Sequence record: SRR20825006_2897
DNA: 32,277 bases
Reading direction: 5' to 3' (one strand)
In this document: piece after piece, positions 19,689 to 28,386 of the stretch
Layout of the letters: the number at the start of each line of letters is the position of its first letter
How positions within the stretch are numbered: position 1 is the first letter of the stretch
Notes under the pieces: model-generated
What the model saw: only the letters and a program-made list of their open reading frames with translations
Database searches by the model: none
What the model was told of the DNA's origin: nothing
Program-made: the position numbers and the translations under genes

Positions 19689-20153
19689 ATGAAAAAAGTA
19701 TTTTTAGCAGTAGGTCTTGTTGCTGCAGTAGCATTTACGTCTTGTAAAGACAATGCTTCAGACAAAGTAAAAGGAGAAAATGTAGAGATGGCTGCAACTC
19801 GTGATGCAGATGCTACTGTTTTCCCAACTATGGAATTTGAAGAGAGCGCTTATGACTTTGGTAATATCGCGCGTGGTACTGCTGTAGAGCACGTTTTTAA
19901 ATTTAAAAATACCGGTAAAGCACCCTTAGTGATTGTAGATGCTACAAGTACTTGCGGTTGTACAGTACCAAGTTATCCTAAAGAACCTATTCAGCCAGGA
20001 GAGACCGGAGAGCTTTTAGTAAAATATAATGGAAGTGGTCTTAACGCTGTAACTAAAATTGTTACTGTAAAATCAAATACTGAAAAGGGATCTGAAACCG
20101 TAAAAATCACCGCATTTGTACAATCGGCAGAAGGACCGGCTGTAAACGGATAA
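19689..20153 (+). CDS. DUF1573 domain lipoprotein
   Basis: Lipobox FTS-C, then YDFGNI...FKFKNTGKAPLVI...STCGCTVP..PKEPIQPGETG. Confidence 0.92.
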   Translation: MKKVFLAVGLVAAVAFTSCKDNASDKVKGENVEMAATRDADATVFPTMEFEESAYDFGNIARGTAVEHVFKFKNTGKAPLVIVDATSTCGCTVPSYPKEPIQPGETGELLVKYNGSGLNAVTKIVTVKSNTEKGSETVKITAFVQSAEGPAVNG

Positions 20154-20163
20154 GCATTTATAA

Positions 20164-20457
20164 ATGGAACAAATAACAAGTTTTTTACCTATTCTTTTGA
20201 TGATTGCCGTGGTTTATCTTTTTATGATACGCCCGCAGATGAAACGTCAAAAGGAAGAGAAAAAATTCGCTGAAGAATTAAAAAGAGGAGATCGTGTAAT
20301 TACTAAAAGCGGTCTTCACGGAAAAATTTTAGATTTAAATGATACTACGGTGATCTTAGAATCAGGTGCCGGTAAGATGAAGTTTGAGCGTACTGCACTC
20401 TCTCTGGAACTTACCAAGAAACTGAACGAGCCCGCCAAGGTTGAAAAGAAAAAGTAA
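20164..20457 (+). CDS. yajC: Preprotein translocase subunit YajC
   Basis: N-terminal TM, YLFMIRPQMKRQK and LKRGDRVITKSGLHGKI. Confidence 0.96.
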   Translation: MEQITSFLPILLMIAVVYLFMIRPQMKRQKEEKKFAEELKRGDRVITKSGLHGKILDLNDTTVILESGAGKMKFERTALSLELTKKLNEPAKVEKKK

Positions 20458-20477
20458 TAGTTATACAGTACTGTATA

Positions 20478-20516
20478 CATAAAAAACCTGATGGAAACCC
20501 ATCAGGTTTTTTTATG
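20478..20516. terminator. Bidirectional intrinsic terminator between yajC and the ferritin-like operon
   Basis: aaaaaacctgatgg-aaac-ccatcaggttttttt. Confidence 0.88.
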
Positions 20517-20525
20517 CGCTAAACT

Positions 20526-20560
20526 AAAAATCCCTTACCGTATGACCGGTAAGGAATTGG
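20526..20560 (-). terminator. Second hairpin, likely terminator of the ferritin-like operon
   Basis: Minus strand ccttaccg-gtcata-cggtaagg followed by gattttt. Confidence 0.6.
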
Positions 20561-20583
20561 TATTTATAAAAAGAAACTAAGTC

Positions 20584-21417
20584 TTATGATTCTATAAATA
20601 AGCTTGCAATTGTAACCGCTTCGTCCCTCGTTAGGATTTCGTCATAGGCTTGCGTTGCAGCATCCATTGTGAATGGAGATCCAGAACCTAAGGTCGTTAC
20701 ATCTACACCGCCTTGTGAGATATTATCTTCACCATTATATACAGCTTGTGTAGCTTCAGGCATACCGGCACCTCTTTGGTTACCAGTGATCCATCCTTCA
20801 AGACCTCTTAATCTTCTGATCTCAGAAGCGTGACGTGCTTCAACAGAATGTATTTGTAATGCTGCTGTTAAAACACCGGCGCTTCCCATTAAGTTTGCAG
20901 CCTGCCCTTTATAAGCACGTACTCCTGTATCTTCAAATGCTTGCGCTAAGGCTAGTAATTGAGCATATGCAGTAGCTTGCCCGGCACCGTTTTCATTAAA
21001 CGGGTCAAATGCACCACCAACGGTAAAATCAAAAGAAGGTTTAGCTACAGGATCTGCGCCTGCACCTTCAATAGCTGCTGTTAAAAAGTCTACGTGTTGC
21101 GATTCGTGTTTAGAGATCTGTTGATAAATTGCCTCTGCTTTAGCATTGCTTGAAAGTACCCCAGAGTCTAAAGCCATTGCATAAAATTCGTCTTCAAGAT
21201 ATTCTAAGGTAAGTGCTAAATTAAGTACACCAACAACATCACCAGAACTGCTTTGTGCCATCGCTTTATTAGAAGCGGTAGCAAGTCCAAATGGAACTGC
21301 CGCAAGTGCTGCTTTTTTACCAATACTTCCTAACTGGCCAAACATAGCCCGTCTAGAAGTCATAGGTTCTTGCATTTTATCTGTAGTAAATTCGTCTAGA
21401 AATTTTATTAAATTCAT
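20584..21417 (-). CDS. Ferritin-like domain protein (Ferritin_2 / desiccation-associated type), Tat-like signal
   Basis: LNLALTLEYLE, HESQH, FEDTGVRAYKG and SVEARH di-metal motifs. SRRAMFG...KAMA-Q signal. Confidence 0.9.
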   Translation of the reverse strand: MNLIKFLDEFTTDKMQEPMTSRRAMFGQLGSIGKKAALAAVPFGLATASNKAMAQSSSGDVVGVLNLALTLEYLEDEFYAMALDSGVLSSNAKAEAIYQQISKHESQHVDFLTAAIEGAGADPVAKPSFDFTVGGAFDPFNENGAGQATAYAQLLALAQAFEDTGVRAYKGQAANLMGSAGVLTAALQIHSVEARHASEIRRLRGLEGWITGNQRGAGMPEATQAVYNGEDNISQGGVDVTTLGSGSPFTMDAATQAYDEILTRDEAVTIASLFIES

Positions 21418-21443
21418 TGTAGTAAGTTTTTAATGGTTAGTAA

Positions 21444-22172
21444 TTACGCTCCCGGATTATTATAAGTAAACGGCGTTACGAAGAATCCGCCTGCTGCAGA
21501 AATCACTTCCTCAGGTGAAGCTGCTAAGTCTAGGCCGTTGCTATCGATGATATCGTCTCCGGCAAAAGCAGTATAATCTGCACTTCCGTTAATAATAGAG
21601 CGAATTGCCGCCGCGTGGCGTGCTTCAACAGAAACAATTTTTCCTGCTAAGGTAAGATACACCGCAGTCTGAATGTACTGGCCAGCACCATTGTATGCGC
21701 TTACTCCTGTGTCTTCAAGAACTCTTGCAGTTCCTAAAACAGAGTCTCTATCGCCAAAATCTACACTACTAAAATCAAATTCTAGATCAGCAGTCAATTG
21801 CTGTTCCATTGGTACATTTGCACCAATTGCAGCTTTAAAGAACTCACGGTGATTTACCTCGTGATTGTAAAGGTCTAACAAAATGGCTTTTTCGTCTGCT
21901 GAAGCGCTTGCGTAAAAAGAACCATTCACAACATTGGTATAAAATGCAGCCTCTAATTGTTCTAGTGCGTATGCGTAGTTTAAAACACCAACATCACCAG
22001 TACCTAGGTCAAAGGTTCCGCCGCCCATCATATTGCCATTGTCATCATCATCGCTACAAGCAGCTAATAATAAACTAGAACCGGCTAATGCAAGACCGCT
22101 TACTTTTAAAAAGTTTCTGCGGTTTCTACCAACAGTTTGAGTTTTTACCTCAATCGATTTTTTCTTTTTCAT
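21444..22172 (-). CDS. Ferritin-like domain protein, Tat lipoprotein
   Basis: NRRNFLK...LLAA-CSDDDD, then LNYAYALEQLE, HEVNH, LEDTGVSAYNG and SVEARH. Confidence 0.9.
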   Translation of the reverse strand: MKKKKSIEVKTQTVGRNRRNFLKVSGLALAGSSLLLAACSDDDDNGNMMGGGTFDLGTGDVGVLNYAYALEQLEAAFYTNVVNGSFYASASADEKAILLDLYNHEVNHREFFKAAIGANVPMEQQLTADLEFDFSSVDFGDRDSVLGTARVLEDTGVSAYNGAGQYIQTAVYLTLAGKIVSVEARHAAAIRSIINGSADYTAFAGDDIIDSNGLDLAASPEEVISAAGGFFVTPFTYNNPGA

Positions 22173-22209
22173 AATTTGAGTTTCTTTGGTTATTAATACT
22201 TATTGAAAC

Positions 22210-22238
22210 TTACGTGGAAAAAGAGGGTAGGGTTTTCC
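22210..22238 (-). promoter_or_regulatory. ECF-sigma-type promoter for the ferritin-like pair
   Basis: Minus strand GGAAAAC-N17-CGTAA, 37 nt upstream of ATG 22172. Confidence 0.6.
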
Positions 22239-22417
22239 TAATGTATTTCTTTAACAAAGATTTGGGAGTAATGCTACCAAATAGTCTGTGTTTTAAGAAT
22301 AATTATGGATGTTGCGTAATGCTACATAAACACTTCATTAAGAGAAAAATGTGAAGAATATGTTGGCTTATTAGAAGAATTAAAATTTATCAATGTGAAA
22401 ATTGAAAATTTTAAAAT

Positions 22418-22455
22418 AAAAAAAACCGAATCATTGTAAAATCATTCGGTTTTTG
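22418..22455 (-). terminator. Likely terminator after the VanX-like gene
   Basis: Imperfect inverted repeat aaaaaccgaat...attcggttttt, giving a T run on the minus strand. Confidence 0.65.
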
Positions 22456-22492
22456 AGTCTTTGTGTTTTCAGCTTGTGGAGAAAGATCGTAA

Positions 22493-23107
22493 TTAATCAC
22501 ATTCAAAGTCAAAATCTATGATCTCAAAGCCATAATTCTTTTTGTAGTTGAAATGCCACCATTCTGTACGAATCGTTTGAAAGCCGAAACGCGTCATTCC
22601 TTCCTGTAACAATTTGCGATTGTCTAACACTTCTTGCGGCAAAGAGGTATTGTCTATATGCGCTTCCCTTCCAAAGAAATCAAAATCAGTTCCCATGTTA
22701 AGCGGTGTGCCATCTAATTTTTCAAGACTGAGGTCAACCGCGGCTCCGCGATTGTGTACAGAGCCCGAAGTATAGGGGTTGGCAACATATTGCGCGTTAG
22801 GATAGACCGCCCACATTTTCTTTTGAGCACTTACAGGTCTATAGCAGTCGTACAAAACTATGCGATATCCTTTTTCGCAGAAATAATGATTAGCTTCCTT
22901 GAGCGCGGCTGCTACTTCAGGTCTGAGATAGCACGAAGCACAATCGTAAAAAGCTTCTTTTAAAAAATTATTGTCTGTTGCGTAGCGTATGTCGTACGTA
23001 AAACCATCAGCGAGCGTATCAATTTTAATAAGAGGAACTTCAGCTTGCTGTGCAAATGCTAAACTTCCTAATAGAAAAAATACCGAAGCTAAATATGATT
23101 TTACCAT
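22493..23107 (-). CDS. M15D D-Ala-D-Ala dipeptidase (VanX/DdpX-like), with signal peptide
   Basis: DIRYATDNNF, YDCYRP, SVHNRGAAVD (SxHxxGxAxD) and EWWH. Signal peptide ...SLAFA-Q. Confidence 0.92.
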   Translation of the reverse strand: MVKSYLASVFFLLGSLAFAQQAEVPLIKIDTLADGFTYDIRYATDNNFLKEAFYDCASCYLRPEVAAALKEANHYFCEKGYRIVLYDCYRPVSAQKKMWAVYPNAQYVANPYTSGSVHNRGAAVDLSLEKLDGTPLNMGTDFDFFGREAHIDNTSLPQEVLDNRKLLQEGMTRFGFQTIRTEWWHFNYKKNYGFEIIDFDFECD

Positions 23108-23121
23108 AACAGGACTAGATT

Positions 23122-23403
23122 TTAAGCTTGATTTTTAAGATACTTACGTTCCATCCAGAAGGTGCCGAATGGGATTACAGAACAGATCAAAACAATAAAT
23201 AGGGTTTTAAAGTTCCATTTTAATTCAAATTTTACCAGTATCGCCATAACGACATAGAGAAGAAATAAAATGCCATGAGCCATACCAATAATCTGGTTAG
23301 GACCCGTTTGATCAAAAATATACTTCAAAGGCATTGTGACGAAAAGGATAAGAAGAAGAGAAACACCCTCTAGTATACTTAAAATCTGAAAAGCTTTAAT
23401 CAT
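23122..23403 (-). CDS. DUF3817 small integral membrane protein
   Basis: LEGVSLLLILFVTMPLKY, GMAHGILFLLY and SVIPFGTF. Confidence 0.88.
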   Translation of the reverse strand: MIKAFQILSILEGVSLLLILFVTMPLKYIFDQTGPNQIIGMAHGILFLLYVVMAILVKFELKWNFKTLFIVLICSVIPFGTFWMERKYLKNQA

Positions 23404-24021
23404 TTAAACTAAATTAAAAATAGCTGCACCATAAACGGCAAAACGTACAAAACGCAGCAAACCAAATAAAAGGTAATTGATAAATGGATATTTAATCATT
23501 CCCGCAGCCATACTGCTGATCGCAAAAGGAACAGGTAACACAGCACCTACAATGATAAGAAATCCGCCCCATTTACGGGCATTTTTAAGATGCTTTGCCA
23601 TCTTTACTTCTAAATAATCGTGTACTGCAGGAATACGCGTTGAAGCACGGCCCATAAAATAACTGATAATACCGCCGGCATAAGATAATATCGCGATAAG
23701 TGACAAATACAAAATAGGATCTGGCATTTTATCACTCCATGCAATAAAAATCTCCGGTGGAATTAGTCCCAGTATACTTTCTGAAATAAAAAATACGGTG
23801 AGTACCCAAAAAGGAGGGAAGGTATCGGTCATCTTGACCAGCAGCGCGTTGATATCGATAACAAAATAATGTATCGCTAATAAAGCAGCTACAAATATGA
23901 TAACCGGCGTAAGTGCTTTTTTTAAACTTCCGCCTATAAAAGAATAGAATCCGGTAAACTTATAATACTGGTGTAACAGACGGATTCTTGATTTTTTCTT
24001 TGTTTTGCTCTCTTGCGCCAT
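23404..24021 (-). CDS. YqaA/DedA (VTT/SNARE-associated) family membrane protein
   Basis: SESILGLIPPE, GGIISYFMGR, KWGGFLIIVGAVLPVPF and LRFVRF. Start reassigned to ATG 24021 because a TATATTTG box lies at 24033-24040. Confidence 0.82.
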   Translation of the reverse strand: MAQESKTKKKSRIRLLHQYYKFTGFYSFIGGSLKKALTPVIIFVAALLAIHYFVIDINALLVKMTDTFPPFWVLTVFFISESILGLIPPEIFIAWSDKMPDPILYLSLIAILSYAGGIISYFMGRASTRIPAVHDYLEVKMAKHLKNARKWGGFLIIVGAVLPVPFAISSMAAGMIKYPFINYLLFGLLRFVRFAVYGAAIFNLV

Positions 24022-24032
24022 TAATTTTTTTG

Positions 24033-24040
24033 CAAATATA
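24033..24040 (-). promoter_or_regulatory. -7 promoter box for DedA-DUF3817-VanX
   Basis: TATATTTG on the minus strand, 11 nt upstream of ATG 24021. Confidence 0.7.
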
Positions 24041-24159
24041 CCGCTTGAAAAACCTGTTGAAAAATTGTTTCTGCTAATATTTTTATAAATAGCCAGATTT
24101 AGCAAAATTTTAAAGAAAGCTGCGTGGGTGTTGGGCTGAATAAGCCTTATTTTTAACAT

Positions 24160-24879
24160 ATGGATAAATTTAAAAACAAAGTCGCCCTCATTACCGGAGG
24201 GACCAAAGGAATAGGTAAAGGAGTTGCTGAAGCTCTTCTAGAATTAGGAATGAATGTAGCCATTACCAGTAGAACGCTTACTGCTGCAGAAAACGCGGCA
24301 GAGGAACTCAACAAAAGTGGAAAAGGTAAAGTGCTTGGCGTAAAAGCTGATGTGCGCTCGATGGAAAGTCAAGTGCAAGCGGTAGATGCTGTTCTAAAAG
24401 AATTTGGCCAAATTGATGTTTTGGTCGCTAATGCCGGTTTAGGTCATTTTGCGAGTATTACTGATTTGACTGCAGATGAATGGCAAGAAACCATTGACAC
24501 CAACTTGACCGGAGTTTTCTATAGTGTGAAAGCATGTCTCAACGAACTCAAGCGCTCTAAGGGATATATTTTTACCATATCTAGTCTGGCAGGTACTAAT
24601 TTCTTTGCAAATGGCTCTGCTTATAACGCGAGTAAATTTGGTTTAACCGGCTTTACCCAAGCTATTATGCTAGACCTGCGTCAGGATGATGTTAAGGTGT
24701 CAACCATTATGCCGGGATCTGTGGCGACCCATTTTAATGGTAATGAACCTACAAAAGAAGATGCTTGGAAGATTCAAAGCGAAGATATTGGGGAGCTGGT
24801 TGTAGACTTATTGAAAATGAATCCGCGTACGTTGCCAAGTAAAATTGAAGTTCGCCCTTCAAAACCACCTAAAAAGTAA
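24160..24879 (+). CDS. Short-chain dehydrogenase/reductase (SDR)
   Basis: TGGTKGIG, NAG, catalytic S...YNASK and MPGSV. Confidence 0.95.
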   Translation: MDKFKNKVALITGGTKGIGKGVAEALLELGMNVAITSRTLTAAENAAEELNKSGKGKVLGVKADVRSMESQVQAVDAVLKEFGQIDVLVANAGLGHFASITDLTADEWQETIDTNLTGVFYSVKACLNELKRSKGYIFTISSLAGTNFFANGSAYNASKFGLTGFTQAIMLDLRQDDVKVSTIMPGSVATHFNGNEPTKEDAWKIQSEDIGELVVDLLKMNPRTLPSKIEVRPSKPPKK

Positions 24880-24951
24880 ACGAGATTCTATAGCAAGAGG
24901 TTTTAAGCGTGCGACTTCAGTAGATGCACAACTTCAACTGAGATAGATTCA

Positions 24952-24990
24952 AAAAAAATCGGGAGTGTTTTAAACACTCCCGATTTTTTT
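24952..24990. terminator. Bidirectional intrinsic terminator
   Basis: aaaaaaatcgggagtgttt / aaacactcccgattttttt between convergent genes. Confidence 0.9.
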
Positions 24991-25038
24991 ATTGGTACGG
25001 TCAAAGGGTTATGACTAAGATATAAGTTTTCAATACGA

Positions 25039-25419
25039 TTAATGCTCTTCAGCATATTCTTGCATTGCTTCAACGTAGGCTCTTAGATCTAAACGATTGA
25101 CCTTATTTTCTGGTTCAGCAAGCAAATTTAAAAGATACAGCAAACTCTCTGCAGGACTTGAGGACACTTCGGTTTCTTCAAACTCATCTTCATATCCTTC
25201 TACCGGCTCCTCGTCAGGAATCGCGATGTCAAAGGTTTGATATGCTTCGATATGTTCAAAAACAAGACGTATTGTTTTTGCTAATAACGGGCGCTTTTCT
25301 TCAACTGCATAGGGTCTAAGATTTTGTAAATCTTCGACAACAGTATTGGTAATAATACCATTTTGCTCAACGTCGCCTATGAGCTTGTTTATAAGTTTTA
25401 TCGCTTTTGGATTCTTCAA
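25039..25419 (-). CDS. Hypothetical acidic helical protein
   Basis: 126-aa ORF with a TTG start, preceded by a TACCTTTG box (25442-25449) and followed by a terminator. No family recognised. Confidence 0.8.
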   Translation of the reverse strand: MKNPKAIKLINKLIGDVEQNGIITNTVVEDLQNLRPYAVEEKRPLLAKTIRLVFEHIEAYQTFDIAIPDEEPVEGYEDEFEETEVSSSPAESLLYLLNLLAEPENKVNRLDLRAYVEAMQEYAEEH

Positions 25420-25648
25420 AATGATGTTTTTTATGTTGCCACAAAGGTAACAGATTAGGTATTTTTTACTGAAAGACTTTGCTAATTTTTTTCAGTTTTA
25501 AGAGGGCATAATTGGTGTTTTTATGAGCCTTTTAAAATTAAGAGTAATACTAAGCGTATTTTTTTAAAACTTACAATCTAAATTATCAATCATGTAATTC
25601 TTAAATCAAACTTTCGATAAGCCCTTAAAATGCCTTATTTTTGCAAAA

Positions 25649-27202
25649 TTGAACCTTAAACAAACTTCACTTTTGAGCGAAAAAGCATCAGCGCAAGATA
25701 ACGGCAACGGAAAAGAACTGTATAACTATCAATTAAATGACCTTGACAAGATCTTTAATTGTATGGAGGAGGAGTCTGATGACTTCAACCTCCTGTACCA
25801 GCTGCCTACCGGTGGTGGAAAAACAGTGATCTTTTCTGAAATCGTACGTCGCTATATTAAAGAAAAACAGAAAAAAGTAGTCATTCTTACACATAGAATT
25901 GAGCTTTCTTCTCAAACTTCAAAAATGCTTAAAAGTTTTGATGTGCCTAATATGGTCATCAACAGTAAGGTTAAAACCCTCGAAGGCAACGAAGATTATA
26001 TGTGTTATGTAGCGATGGTAGAAACGCTTAATAACCGTCTTCAAGATGAGCAAATTGATATCAACGATATTGGCCTTGTAATTATAGATGAGGCGCATTA
26101 TAATTCGTTTAGAAAGCTATTTAGTTACTTTAAAGATGCTTTTATTCTAGGAGTGACAGCTACACCTTTAAGTTCTAACGTTAAGTTGCCGATGAAGGAT
26201 AACTACCGTAAGCTGATTATTGGTGAAAGTATAGGCTCTCTTATTGAAAAAGGCTTTTTGGCTAAAGCCAACATGCATACGTATGATGTAGGTTTAAAAA
26301 CGCTACAAGTAGGGATCAATGGGGATTATACGGTAAAGTCTTCAGAAATACTCTATACCAATCACAGCATGCAAGAGAAGCTTCTTGCAGCGTATGAAGA
26401 ACGAGCTAAGGGTACAAAAACGCTTATTTTTAATAACGGGATCAATACCTCACGTTACGTTTATGAAACCTTTAGAGAGGCGGGTTACGATGTAAAGCAT
26501 TTAGACAATACGCACACCAATAAAGAACGAAAGGAAATTTTAAAATGGTTTAAGAATACTCCCGATGCTATTTTAACTTCGGTAAGTATTTTGACAACCG
26601 GTTTTGATGAACCTAGCGTTGAAACCATTATTCTCAATCGGGCGACACGTTCGTTGACGCTTTATTTTCAAATGATCGGTCGTGGTTCGCGTGTTTTACC
26701 AGACAAGAAGACCTTTGAAGTTATTGATCTGGGGAATAATATGGCACGTTTCGGGTTATGGGATGCTCCAATGGATTGGAATGATATTTTCTTATATCCT
26801 GATTTCTATCTTGAGAATTTGGTGAGCGACGAAGAAATTGAACGCAATTTTGAGTATGTAATGCCACCTGAACTTCGTGCTCAGTTCAGTAATAGTGAGT
26901 CAATTGAATTTGATATCAAAAAGGAATACGAAGATGTTTTTGCCAAAGGTCTGAAATCAAAAGAAGCGCTTGAGCGTTCTATTGATCAGCACGCGCGTAT
27001 CATTTTTGAGAATACTGAAGATGTTTTTGATGCGCGTATTCTTGCCCGCGAACTTAAAGAAGAGATTCAATACCGTATTCGCTTGTATTCTTACTGTATT
27101 ATGAAGAATACTAAAAATTACAAAGATTGGTTAGAAGAAGATTATATGCGTAAATTGAGACTCAAACTGAGTCAGATGTATGCTAATATTCCGGCTCAGT
27201 AA
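25649..27202 (+). CDS. SF2 DEAD/DEAH-box helicase
   Basis: LYNYQ, LPTGGGKT, IIDEAH, GVTATP, TTGFDEP and QMIGRGSR. TTG start 5 nt after TATTTTTG (25636-25643); exact start uncertain. Confidence 0.92.
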   Translation: MNLKQTSLLSEKASAQDNGNGKELYNYQLNDLDKIFNCMEEESDDFNLLYQLPTGGGKTVIFSEIVRRYIKEKQKKVVILTHRIELSSQTSKMLKSFDVPNMVINSKVKTLEGNEDYMCYVAMVETLNNRLQDEQIDINDIGLVIIDEAHYNSFRKLFSYFKDAFILGVTATPLSSNVKLPMKDNYRKLIIGESIGSLIEKGFLAKANMHTYDVGLKTLQVGINGDYTVKSSEILYTNHSMQEKLLAAYEERAKGTKTLIFNNGINTSRYVYETFREAGYDVKHLDNTHTNKERKEILKWFKNTPDAILTSVSILTTGFDEPSVETIILNRATRSLTLYFQMIGRGSRVLPDKKTFEVIDLGNNMARFGLWDAPMDWNDIFLYPDFYLENLVSDEEIERNFEYVMPPELRAQFSNSESIEFDIKKEYEDVFAKGLKSKEALERSIDQHARIIFENTEDVFDARILARELKEEIQYRIRLYSYCIMKNTKNYKDWLEEDYMRKLRLKLSQMYANIPAQ

Positions 27203-27324
27203 ACTACCTCAGGGCAATCTCACGAGGATTATTTTACATACTAATTTTAATTTTGAGGCATTGCGATGGCTTTTAGGAAGATGTATCTTTTAACTTATCC
27301 AACGCCGAAAAAGCACCAATTCTT

Positions 27325-28041
27325 ATGCACAGCAGGACGCGAAGCTTTTATCTGACATTTCTTTTAGTTACTACCTCTTTTTTGCTTTCTTCGGAAAGTA
27401 ATGCGCAACGTGGGAATCACGAACTCGGCGGGTGGTATATGTACTTTTTTGAGACAGATTTCAGCCAAAGCAACTTTGGAATTATGGGAGATGTACAGCA
27501 TCGTAGTTTTAATGTTGCTCATGATTTTCAACAATTCATTCTACGGGCAGGTTTATCTTACAAGTTTAAGAATTCCTCTTTTAGAGCTGTCGCGGGTTAT
27601 TCTTTTTTCAATAGCGGAACTTTCGGCCCCAGCAATGCTCAACTCATTGAAAATCGTTTGTACCAAGATCTCATCTGGACCAACGCCTTATTTGAAGGTC
27701 GCATTGCGCTGTTGCATCGCATCAGGATCGAAGAACGCTTTATAGAAAATCAAGACTTTAGATCCCGCTACCGTTATTTTCTAAACGCAAAGCTTCCGCT
27801 GAACGCCAAAACAATGGGACCCAAGACGTTTTTCGCCTGGACGGCTGCCGAGATATTCGTGAATGGCGAGAAAAATATAGGCAATGGTCAATCTGTAAAC
27901 CTCTATGACCGAACGTGGTTATTTGGTGGTTTAGGATACCAGTTTAGCAAAAGTTTACGGTCAGAACTCTCTTATATGCGTGAAATCACCGAAAACCAGA
28001 CTAAAGGACAGTTAATTTTAAGTTTTTTTCACACTTTCTAA
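27325..28041 (+). CDS. DUF2490-type outer-membrane beta-barrel protein
   Basis: Signal peptide, GGWYMYF, QQFILRAGLSY, ENRLYQ, HRIRIEERF, RYRY and terminal Phe. Confidence 0.85.
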   Translation: MHSRTRSFYLTFLLVTTSFLLSSESNAQRGNHELGGWYMYFFETDFSQSNFGIMGDVQHRSFNVAHDFQQFILRAGLSYKFKNSSFRAVAGYSFFNSGTFGPSNAQLIENRLYQDLIWTNALFEGRIALLHRIRIEERFIENQDFRSRYRYFLNAKLPLNAKTMGPKTFFAWTAAEIFVNGEKNIGNGQSVNLYDRTWLFGGLGYQFSKSLRSELSYMREITENQTKGQLILSFFHTF

Positions 28042-28053
28042 GAATCTAAATTA

Positions 28054-28061
28054 TAGTTTTG
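28054..28061 (+). promoter_or_regulatory. -7 promoter box giving a probably leaderless mRNA
   Basis: TAGTTTTG ending 4 nt before ATG 28066. Confidence 0.7.
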
Positions 28062-28065
28062 CCCT

Positions 28066-28386
28066 ATGATTTTAAAAAGTAAAACTTCAAAAGCCGGAAT
28101 CAGCTTATTGCTGGTCTTGGCTCTTTTTGCTTTTAAAATTGTAGATCTTCATAATTATACGGCTAAAAAAGACAGAGATTCGGGGCATTCCTATCACGAA
28201 CTTTGTTTGATGGGGGACAACCATAAACAGCATTTAGATTTTGTGCTTCCTCCGGTTTTTGAGATAGAGCAGGATGAGATTTTCGTTTATCTCAAAAAGC
28301 CTCAGACTTTTAGCAACACAAAACGGTTTTTTCTTTACATAGAAAAAAACCACCTCAATAAGGCGCCTCCCGCGCTTATCAGTTAA
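28066..28386 (+). CDS. Small upstream ORF with signal sequence, His/Cys cluster and C-terminal KAPP (DUF2946/CruR/CutF-like leader protein)
   Basis: Basic N-terminus plus hydrophobic stretch, H29, H41, H44-E-L-C47, H53, H56, and NKAPP four residues from the end. It is first in an operon with a TonB-dependent receptor. Confidence 0.7.
   Translation: MILKSKTSKAGISLLLVLALFAFKIVDLHNYTAKKDRDSGHSYHELCLMGDNHKQHLDFVLPPVFEIEQDEIFVYLKKPQTFSNTKRFFLYIEKNHLNKAPPALIS

Noticed and set aside
20462-20477. Perfect 16-bp palindrome TATACAGTACTGTATA resembling SOS-box half-sites
   Set aside because: The half-sites are in the opposite orientation to the E. coli LexA box, and it lies between convergent 3' ends with no promoter to regulate.
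22493-23107. Vancomycin-resistance cluster
   Set aside because: Only a VanX-family peptidase is present, with no vanH/vanA/vanRS, in a Gram-negative host.
24022-24159. N-terminal extension of the DedA ORF (also 15973-16050 for M14 and 2160-2201 for YyaL)
   Set aside because: The extensions cover promoter or intergenic DNA. Downstream ATGs fit promoter boxes or signal peptides better.
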